Assembly: GCA_947084965.1 (NCBI GenBank)
Contig: CAMTUG010000002.1
Coordinates: 15,434-79,433 of the forward strand
Reading direction: 5' to 3'
Source: an uncultured Parcubacteria group bacterium
GTDB lineage: Bacteria; Patescibacteriota; Patescibacteriia; UBA9934; CAMTUG01
DNA length: 64,000 nt
Shown: piece by piece, positions 56,674 through 64,000 of the stretch
How positions within the stretch are numbered: the first letter of the stretch is position 1
Layout of the letters: each line of letters starts with the position of its first letter
The notes under the pieces: model-generated
What the model was told of the DNA's origin: nothing
What the model saw: the letters and a program-made list of their open reading frames with translations, nothing else
The model's database searches: none
Translations under genes and position numbers: made by a program

Positions 56674-58770
56674 ATGCCTCGCGAATATTCGCTCCTGAAC
56701 ACTCGCAACATCGGGATTATCGCCCACATCGACGCCGGAAAAACAACGACCACGGAACGCGTGCTTTACTACACGGGGAAGAAGCACAAGATCGGGGACG
56801 TGCACGAAGGGGAAGCGACCATGGACTGGATGGAACAGGAACGCGAGCGTGGGATCACGATTACGGCCGCGGCGACGACCTGTTTTTGGAAAGGACACCG
56901 CCTGAACATTATCGATACTCCAGGTCACGTGGACTTTACGGTGGAAGTGGAGCGCTCACTCCGTGTGCTTGATGGCGGCGTGACCGTCTTTGACGGTGTC
57001 GCTGGGGTGGAACCACAATCGGAAACGGTGTGGCACCAGGCAGACAAGTATCACGTGCCGCGCGTCTGTTTCATCAACAAGCTCGACCGCACCGGTGCGG
57101 ATTTCTACAAGGACTTGGATTCGATTCACGCCCGTTTATCGAAGAATGCCTACCCGATTCAGCTTCCGATCGGAACGGAAGATGAATTCACGGGGATCAT
57201 CGATCTTCTGAAGATGAAGGCGTTCATGCACCGTGATGACATGGGTAAGCAGGTCGACGAAATCGATATTCCAGAGGAGTACATGGAAAAGGCCAAGGAG
57301 TATCGCGCTAAACTAGTCGAGGCGATCGTTGAACACGACGATACGTTGATGAATCGTTATTTTGCCGGAGAAGAAATTTCGATTGAGGAGCTGAAGACGA
57401 CGTTGCGCAAAGCGGTTGTGGCGATGGCGATCTTCCCGGTTCTTTGCGGAAGTGCTTTGAAGAACAAAGGGGTGCAGATGATGCTCGACGCGGTTGTGGA
57501 CTTTCTTCCATCCCCGCTCGATCGTCCTGCGGTCGCTGGGTTTGATCCGGACGAACCAGAAAAAGAGATCACCCGTGAAACAGACGACGGCCAGCCGTTC
57601 GCAGCTCTCGCCTTTAAAGTCGCAGCTGATCCGTTTGTTGGAAAATTGATCTTCTTCCGTGTCTACTCAGGGAGCATCAAGTCCAGTTCGTATATTTTGA
57701 ACTCCTCGACCGGTGGAAAGGAACGCCTTTCGCGCATCGTCCGTTTGCACGCCAACTCGCGTGAAGATGTGGACGAGGTGTTTGCTGGAGAGATCGCCGC
57801 TGCGGTGGGATTGAAAGAAACGGTCACCGGAAACACCATGTGTGATCCAGATCACCCAATCGTGCTCGAATCGATCACCTTCCCAGCGCCAGTTATTTCC
57901 GTGGCTGTGGAACCGAAAACGAAAGTCGACCAGGAAAAGATGGGCCTCGCGTTGGCCAAACTTGCTGAAGAAGATCCGACCTTCCATGTGCACACCGACC
58001 CAGAGACGCTCCAGACGATTATCGCTGGGATGGGTGAATTGCATCTTGAAATTATCGTTGATCGCATGAAGCGCGAATACTCGGTCGAAGCGAACGTTGG
58101 TAAGCCGCAGGTTGCGTATCGCGAAACGATCAAGAAGGCGGCCGAAGCGCAAGGGAAGTACATCCGCCAGACCGGTGGTCGTGGGCAGTACGGTGACTGT
58201 TGGATCCGCCTTGAACCGAACGAACCTGGAAAAGGATTCGAATTCTTTGAAGAGATCAAAGGTGGCGCCATTCCAAAAGAATTTATCAACCCGATCGAAA
58301 AGGGTGTCAAAGAAGCGACCGAACGTGGTGTGCTCGCTGGCTACCCAGTGGTGGACGTCAAAGCGACCGTTTTCGACGGTTCGTACCACGACGTCGACTC
58401 TTCGGAAGCGGCCTTTAAGATCGCTGGCTCGATGGCGTTCCAAGAAGCGGCCAAGCAGGCCGGGATCGCTCTTCTTGAACCGATGATGAAAGTCGAAGTG
58501 GTCACCCCAGAAGATTTCATGGGGACGGTCATGGGTGACTTGAACTCCCGCCGCGGACAGATTCAGGAGATGGGTGAACGCGGAACGGTCAAAACCGTGC
58601 GTGCGCTCGTCCCGCTTTCGGAAATGTTCGGCTACGCCACGACGGTGCGCTCCTTGACCCAGGGACGCGCGAGCTACTCGATGGAATTCGGCCACTACGC
58701 CGAAGTTCCAGGCAACGTCGCCAAGGCGATCATTGAAGCGCGTGCGGGTGTGGTCAAGCGCGTGACCTAG
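56674..58770 (+). CDS. fusA: Elongation factor G
   Basis: [34 protein letters not shown]. Confidence 0.98.
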   Translation: MPREYSLLNTRNIGIIAHIDAGKTTTTERVLYYTGKKHKIGDVHEGEATMDWMEQERERGITITAAATTCFWKGHRLNIIDTPGHVDFTVEVERSLRVLDGGVTVFDGVAGVEPQSETVWHQADKYHVPRVCFINKLDRTGADFYKDLDSIHARLSKNAYPIQLPIGTEDEFTGIIDLLKMKAFMHRDDMGKQVDEIDIPEEYMEKAKEYRAKLVEAIVEHDDTLMNRYFAGEEISIEELKTTLRKAVVAMAIFPVLCGSALKNKGVQMMLDAVVDFLPSPLDRPAVAGFDPDEPEKEITRETDDGQPFAALAFKVAADPFVGKLIFFRVYSGSIKSSSYILNSSTGGKERLSRIVRLHANSREDVDEVFAGEIAAAVGLKETVTGNTMCDPDHPIVLESITFPAPVISVAVEPKTKVDQEKMGLALAKLAEEDPTFHVHTDPETLQTIIAGMGELHLEIIVDRMKREYSVEANVGKPQVAYRETIKKAAEAQGKYIRQTGGRGQYGDCWIRLEPNEPGKGFEFFEEIKGGAIPKEFINPIEKGVKEATERGVLAGYPVVDVKATVFDGSYHDVDSSEAAFKIAGSMAFQEAAKQAGIALLEPMMKVEVVTPEDFMGTVMGDLNSRRGQIQEMGERGTVKTVRALVPLSEMFGYATTVRSLTQGRASYSMEFGHYAEVPGNVAKAIIEARAGVVKRVT

Positions 58771-58854
58771 CTCGGGACAAATGACAGATGACGAATGACA
58801 AATGATGGGTGGGACGCTGTCCTACCCATCATTTTGTGTTATCGTGTTTCCAAT

Positions 58855-59151
58855 ATGTCACGCATCGTTCTCGTTCATGGATTCGCCGTTGGACTCACCG
58901 CACCGATTGTGCGGCGAGGGTTCGGGGCGTCGGCGAGTTTTCGTGCGTTCGATGCGTTTGTTGAGCGTGGAGAGGCCGCGGTTTTTCGCTGGGGGATTGA
59001 ATGTCACGTTAAGCCGTGGCAACTGATGAATCTCATTTTTCTCCACGGTCATTACCTGGGTGAAAGGGCATTGGCGATGGATCCCGCCACGATCGATGAT
59101 GTAAAAACGTTTCTTGAAAAAGAACGACCGCGCGTGGTCGTTGCTCATTAA
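58855..59151 (+). pseudogene. Truncated alpha/beta-hydrolase-like fragment
   Basis: IVLVHGF start; stops at VVVAH*, right before the expected nucleophile Ser. Confidence 0.55.
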
Positions 59152-59282
59152 AATCTTCCCGTTGACCAAACCGCTCAACCTGCACACCAGCTCCATTCGC
59201 GACCCAAAGCTCGTTCAATTTGTAGAGTCTCTTTAAAAGCCAACACCCCAGCGCCGTCGTGCACATGGGGTGTGAAGTGGCA

Positions 59283-59582
59283 TCACCGCCTGTTGGTGGC
59301 CGGGCTGTCAGGGACCTCCTGGCGGCGTTCCAGGAGCTTGATCTCGAGACAGATCTGCTCGCACCTGTCCAGGTATCCGGTGAACCAGTAGCCGAGCGGG
59401 AAGAACGCGGAGATCCCGACGACGATCCGGCTGACCAGAAGCGGCCAGTCGAAGATGAGGGCGAGGAGCGTCGTGATCAGCATCATCTCGACGCAGATCA
59501 CGGTGATCTTCCACGCCTCGCGCTCCATCTTGTCCATGAGCGCCTCCAGCTTCTGCTCCAGTGTCAACTTCTGCGGTTTCAT
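59283..59582 (-). CDS. Small two-TM hypothetical protein, GC3-rich solo gene
   Basis: MKPQKLTLEQ..., AAGGAG SD, hairpin downstream. Confidence 0.55.
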   Translation of the reverse strand: MKPQKLTLEQKLEALMDKMEREAWKITVICVEMMLITTLLALIFDWPLLVSRIVVGISAFFPLGYWFTGYLDRCEQICLEIKLLERRQEVPDSPATNRR

Positions 59583-59709
59583 CAGTGACTCCTTCTGTGG
59601 CAGGTGGAGGGACTTCATATCATGTGTGTCGTAAAAAGTCAATCCTCTGTGTACAGCCTGTTCACGGGCGCCTTGACACTCGGTCTCCATCAGATAAGAT
59701 AGGCGGACT

Positions 59710-60189
59710 ATGAATCGTCAATTTAAGCGCATTTTAAGCCTCGTAAAGAAGACCGGAGATCGGTTGATTGTGACCGACCCGGACGGCAACGAATCGTATG
59801 TGGTCATGGATTTAGACCAATATGAAGGGCTTTTGGGTTTAGGCTGGGATGATGACGATGATTTCGGGGACTGGGAAGGGCCGCAGGGGCCGACGTGGAG
59901 CCCAGAAGATGACGGGGACCTGGTGAATCTGGATGATTTGGACAAAACAGCGGCCGATGTCGGAATGACAGAAGTCTCCCAACCGTCGGCTGAAATGACC
60001 AACGGCGAAGCAAGTTCATTACCGCCTGCGGAAGATATCCGCAAAGCGGTAGAACACGATCTGGCGATCCTTGAATCCTGGCAGAGTGAAAAGGAGACAG
60101 ATCAAAAACCAGAAGTTGAAAAAAAGCCCGAAGGTGAGCAAAAAATTGACCCTGATGAAGAACGTTTCTATCTCGAGCCGATTGAGTAA
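59710..60189 (+). CDS. Protein with Phd/YefM-like N-terminus and acidic disordered tail
   Basis: VKKTGDRLIVT...YVVMDLDQYE; D/E-rich; ends EERFYLEPIE; TTGACA-16-TAAGAT promoter. Confidence 0.7.
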   Translation: MNRQFKRILSLVKKTGDRLIVTDPDGNESYVVMDLDQYEGLLGLGWDDDDDFGDWEGPQGPTWSPEDDGDLVNLDDLDKTAADVGMTEVSQPSAEMTNGEASSLPPAEDIRKAVEHDLAILESWQSEKETDQKPEVEKKPEGEQKIDPDEERFYLEPIE

Positions 60190-60275
60190 CCCTAAGCACT
60201 TGCACGATTTTCGGAGTCCTGATACACTAGCGCCACCTAAAAAACTCTATCGATTTTAAGCTAATTTAAGCACGT

Positions 60276-61469
60276 ATGGCGGACGTCTTTCAACGAACAA
60301 AACCACACGTGAACGTCGGAACCATTGGTCACGTTGACCACGGAAAGACGACGCTCACCGCTGCAATCCTGACCGTGCTCGGAGCACACGGGATGACCGC
60401 TCAGAAAAAGGGCATTGCCGATCTCGACAAAGCCCCTGAATCGAAGTCCCGTGGGATCACCATCGCCACGGCTCACACCGAATACGAATCGGCTACCCGT
60501 CACTACGCCCACGTTGACTGTCCAGGTCACGCGGACTACGTCAAGAACATGATCACCGGTGCCGCCCAGATGGACGGTGCAATCTTGGTGGTCTCGGCCG
60601 CTGATGGTCCAATGCCACAGACCCGCGAGCACATTCTTTTGGCTCGTCAGGTCGGTGTGCCTTCGATCGTTGTCTTCTTGAACAAAGTGGACATGGTTGA
60701 TGATCCGGAACTCGTCGACTTGGTCGAAGAGGAAATCCGCGATCTTTTGAAGAAATACGAATTCCCTGGCGACACCACCCCGATCATCCGTGGTTCAGCG
60801 CTCAAAGCGCTCGAAAATCCTTCGGATCCGGAGGCGTCCAAGCCAGTGCTCGATCTGATTGCCAAGCTCGATGAATACATCCCAGAACCTGTGCGTGAAA
60901 CGGACAAGCCGTTCCTCATGCCGGTTGAAGACGTCTTCTCGATTGAAGGTCGTGGCACGGTGGTCACCGGCCGTATCGAACGCGGTACGTTGAACGTCGG
61001 CGACGAAGCTGAAATCATCGGTCTTCGCCCAGACAACATGAAGACCACGGTGACTGGTATTGAAATGTTCAACAAGCAGCTCGACAAGGGTATGGCTGGT
61101 GATAACGCCGGCGTGCTCCTTCGTGGGACGAAAAAGGAAGAAGTTGAACGCGGGATGGTGCTCGCCAAGCCAGGTTCGATCACCCCGCACACCGAATTCG
61201 AAGCTCAAATGTACGTCCTTACCAAAGAAGAAGGTGGTCGTCACAAGCCATTCTTCAAGGGCTACAAACCGCAATTCTACATCCGCACGACCGACGTGAC
61301 CGGTGAGATCACCCTTCCGGAAGGAACGGAGATGGTCATGCCTGGTGACACGGTGAACGTCAAAGTGGCGCTCATCCAGCCGGTCGCTTTGGAAGAAAAG
61401 CAGCGCTTTGCTATTCGCGAAGGCGGACGCACGGTGGGAGCTGGCGCGGTTGTGAAGATTATCAAGTAA
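60276..61469 (+). CDS. tuf: Elongation factor Tu
   Basis: [32 protein letters not shown]. Confidence 0.99.
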   Translation: MADVFQRTKPHVNVGTIGHVDHGKTTLTAAILTVLGAHGMTAQKKGIADLDKAPESKSRGITIATAHTEYESATRHYAHVDCPGHADYVKNMITGAAQMDGAILVVSAADGPMPQTREHILLARQVGVPSIVVFLNKVDMVDDPELVDLVEEEIRDLLKKYEFPGDTTPIIRGSALKALENPSDPEASKPVLDLIAKLDEYIPEPVRETDKPFLMPVEDVFSIEGRGTVVTGRIERGTLNVGDEAEIIGLRPDNMKTTVTGIEMFNKQLDKGMAGDNAGVLLRGTKKEEVERGMVLAKPGSITPHTEFEAQMYVLTKEEGGRHKPFFKGYKPQFYIRTTDVTGEITLPEGTEMVMPGDTVNVKVALIQPVALEEKQRFAIREGGRTVGAGAVVKIIK

Positions 61470-61527
61470 ATCAAGGTGGGGCGGGATAAAACCCGCCCCT
61501 CTCCTCGTTGAAACGCACCTTATCATT

Positions 61528-61863
61528 ATGGCCCAGGCAACGAAAACAACTGAAGCTCCAGCGACACGCATCCGCATCAAGATCCGTGCGTATGATCATA
61601 AGATTATTGATCAGGCCACGGAGACGATTATCAAGACCGCGGAGCGTTCCGGTGCCAAGGTGTTGGGACCGATTCCGTTGCCGACCGAGAAACGTAAGTA
61701 CACGGTCAACCGCTCGACCTTCGTGCACAAAACGTCTCGCGATCAATTTGAAATTCGTACCCACAAGCGTCTGATCGACATCATCGAGCCGACCGAACGG
61801 ACGGTCGATGCCCTGATGTCGCTCTCGTTGCCAAGTGGGGTCGATGTCGAAATCAAAATGTAA
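61528..61863 (+). CDS. rpsJ: 30S ribosomal protein S10
   Basis: [30 protein letters not shown]. Confidence 0.98.
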   Translation: MAQATKTTEAPATRIRIKIRAYDHKIIDQATETIIKTAERSGAKVLGPIPLPTEKRKYTVNRSTFVHKTSRDQFEIRTHKRLIDIIEPTERTVDALMSLSLPSGVDVEIKM

Positions 61864-62068
61864 GACCGGGGAACACGTGCTCAAGAACAGAGAAGAAAGA
61901 TCCTTCGGGAAAACCTTCTCACGATTCACGAGCACGTCAGGGAGTCACGTGAACGATTAAAAATTTTAGAGGCAAATCCTTCAACCGATCAGAAGGTCAG
62001 AAGTCGGATGCTCAGCTCTGCTGGGATATCGACTTCTGGCTTTTCTCTTACCTCAAGTCAGCACGCGT

Positions 62069-62698
62069 ATGAAAGCGATCATCGGAAAAAAACTCAAAAT
62101 GACACAGATCTTTGCCGCCGACGGCACGGTTGTACCGGTGACCTTGGTTGAAGCTGGTCCCTGTGTCGTGACCGAAGTGAAGACCGCAGAAAAAGATAAG
62201 TATAACGCGGTGGCGATCGGTTTTGGCAAACAGAAGCATCAGAACAAGCCGGAAGCAGGCCATTTCAAGGAGCTCGGCGCGTTCCAGGTCGTCCGCGAAT
62301 TCCGTACTCAGAATGCGGCTGACGTGAAGCGTGGTGATGTACTCGACGTTTCAGCCTTTACCATCGGTGATCATGTTGATGTGATCGGGGTGTCCAAAGG
62401 ACGCGGGTTCCAGGGGGTGGTGAAGCGCCACGGGTTTGGCGGTGCTCCAAAGACCCACGGTCACAAGCACGACCTTCGTGCACCAGGTTCGATCGGTGCC
62501 GGTGGTGTGCAACGCGTCTTTAAGGGGATGCGTATGGCTGGCCGGATGGGGGGTGATCGTGTCACCGTCAAAAACTTGGAAGTCATGCAGATTGACGCCG
62601 GAAAGAATATTCTTGCCATTCGCGGTGCGGTGCCGGGCGCCTTTGGGAGCACGATCCTCATCAATGCCCGCGAAGCAAAAACGATCTGGTTAAGCTAA
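62069..62698 (+). CDS. rplC: 50S ribosomal protein L3
   Basis: [28 protein letters not shown]. Confidence 0.98.
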   Translation: MKAIIGKKLKMTQIFAADGTVVPVTLVEAGPCVVTEVKTAEKDKYNAVAIGFGKQKHQNKPEAGHFKELGAFQVVREFRTQNAADVKRGDVLDVSAFTIGDHVDVIGVSKGRGFQGVVKRHGFGGAPKTHGHKHDLRAPGSIGAGGVQRVFKGMRMAGRMGGDRVTVKNLEVMQIDAGKNILAIRGAVPGAFGSTILINAREAKTIWLS

Positions 62699-62701
62699 GG
62701 T

Positions 62702-63334
62702 ATGGCCAAAGTTAATTTGTACAACATGGATGGCAAGACGGTCGGCGAGCTCGCGCTCAACGACAACGTCTTTGGCGTCGAAGTAAAACCAACGCTCATC
62801 CACGAAGCGAGTGTGGCACAGGATCACAACGCGCGAGTGGCCATTGCCCACACCAAAACACGCGGAGAAGTGCGTGGTGGTGGAAAGAAGCCATGGAAGC
62901 AAAAGGGGACCGGTCGTGCCCGTCACGGGTCGACGCGTTCGCCAATTTGGGTGGGTGGGGGTGTCACGTTTGGTCCTCGTAAGGATCGCACCTTTGATAT
63001 TAAGGTCAACAAGAAGGTTCGCCGTAAAGCCATTTGCATGGTCCTTTCAGATCGTGTGAACGATGCACACCTGATCGCTCTCGATGTGATCGGCTCTGAA
63101 GGCGGGAAGACCAAAACTCTCGCTGCTGCGATCAAGAAGTTGCCGGGAGCAGGACGCTCAACACTGTTGATTGTTGATCCAAAGAATACGGACGTACGTC
63201 GTGCTGCACAGAACATTCCGAAGGTGACGACGATTGATCCGCAATCACTCAACGTTAATGATCTGCTTCGCAACGAATACGTCATGGTCTCCCAGGCAGA
63301 CATTGATCTGATCGCTTCAACCTACGGAAAATAA
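62702..63334 (+). CDS. rplD: 50S ribosomal protein L4
   Basis: TKTRGEVRGGGKKPWKQKGTGRARHGS. Confidence 0.98.
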   Translation: MAKVNLYNMDGKTVGELALNDNVFGVEVKPTLIHEASVAQDHNARVAIAHTKTRGEVRGGGKKPWKQKGTGRARHGSTRSPIWVGGGVTFGPRKDRTFDIKVNKKVRRKAICMVLSDRVNDAHLIALDVIGSEGGKTKTLAAAIKKLPGAGRSTLLIVDPKNTDVRRAAQNIPKVTTIDPQSLNVNDLLRNEYVMVSQADIDLIASTYGK

Positions 63335-63335
63335 T

Positions 63336-63782
63336 ATGGGACTCTTAGATCGCTTCAAGAAGCAGAAAGAAGTGGAAGTCGGTGGTGCCAAAGCCGCGGT
63401 TGTTTCGGACGTGAAGAAAGAAGAAGGTAAGAAGACAAAAACGGTTGCTAAGAAGGAAGCACCAAATGAAGAAAAGAAGCTAGTGAAGGTCGTGCGCGCT
63501 GAAACAGCTCGCGTCATCATCTCCCCGCTTATTACCGAAAAGGCCGGCCACTTGGCTACCCAGCATACCTACGTTTTCGAAGTCATGCCCAAAGCGACGC
63601 GTACCCAGATCGCTAGCGCTTTCCGTGAGCTTTACGGGGTGAAGGCAGAACGCGTGAACACATTGAAGATGCGCCCTGAGCCCGTGTCCTTCGGTCGTTC
63701 GTCTGGTAAGCAGAAGGGTCGCAAGAAAGCGATGATCACGATTGCCAAAGGGAAATCGATTCAAGTTTACGAAGGCGTGTAA
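63336..63782 (+). CDS. rplW: 50S ribosomal protein L23 with Lys-rich N-terminal extension
   Basis: PLITEK, YVFEV, KKAMIT; position after rplD. Confidence 0.93.
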   Translation: MGLLDRFKKQKEVEVGGAKAAVVSDVKKEEGKKTKTVAKKEAPNEEKKLVKVVRAETARVIISPLITEKAGHLATQHTYVFEVMPKATRTQIASAFRELYGVKAERVNTLKMRPEPVSFGRSSGKQKGRKKAMITIAKGKSIQVYEGV

Positions 63783-63788
63783 TTTATT

Positions 63789-64000
63789 ATGCCAATCAAA
63801 CGCTACAACCCAACTTCCGCCGGTCGACGTATTTCAAGCGTTGACGCACGTATCGACGTGACGACGGAAACACCGCACAAGCGGTTGGTTGTAGCCCGCA
63901 AAAAACATGCTGGTCGTAGCAACGGAAAGATTAGCGTTCGCCACCGTGGGGGTGGCTCCCGTCAGTTTGTGCGTCTGGTTGATTGGAAGCAAGAAAAGTT
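63789..64000 (+). CDS. rplB: 50S ribosomal protein L2 (partial, runs off window)
   Basis: MPIKRYNPTSAGRR...GRSNGKISVRHRGGG. Confidence 0.95.
   Translation, partial: MPIKRYNPTSAGRRISSVDARIDVTTETPHKRLVVARKKHAGRSNGKISVRHRGGGSRQFVRLVDWKQEK

Noticed and set aside
1-64000. Alternative genetic code (UGA=Gly)
   Set aside because: Conserved genes are full length in code 11 and several end at TGA (leuS, truB, comEC)

Overview
Bacterial chromosome segment, most likely a Patescibacteria/CPR genome of the ABY1 type (Uhrbacteria-like; inferred from gene repertoire, split ComEC, type IV pilin/PilB and mostly SD-less, near-leaderless starts). Standard code 11 fits. Mostly housekeeping genes (tsaD/E, ftsH, rpsA, gyrA, rpmF-nusB-rnc, proS, rny, truB, infB, trxAB, gdh, leuS, ugd, comEC, ndk, murA, str and start of S10 clusters) plus three tRNAs. 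No CRISPR, integrase, transposase or RT was recognised. The strongest novelty candidate is a four-gene run at 47.5-51.5 kb: Asp/Glu racemase, an unannotated 453-aa protein with HUP-fold (CDPS/PvcA-like) motifs, an NPPx methyltransferase and an M19 dipeptidase, a possible small-peptide/D-amino-acid pathway. Other notable items: several 130-205 nt long-hairpin intergenic RNA candidates (6S-like), a structured mini-element duplicating the tRNA-Glu 3' end, a dispersed heptamer-repeat element family (one copy in frame inside leuS), GC-rich SD-led solo genes, a Fur/Zur locus with two operator palindromes, a vasohibin-like protease, and a Cys-to-Asp MurA. All calls are by eye from motifs; no searches or folding were run.
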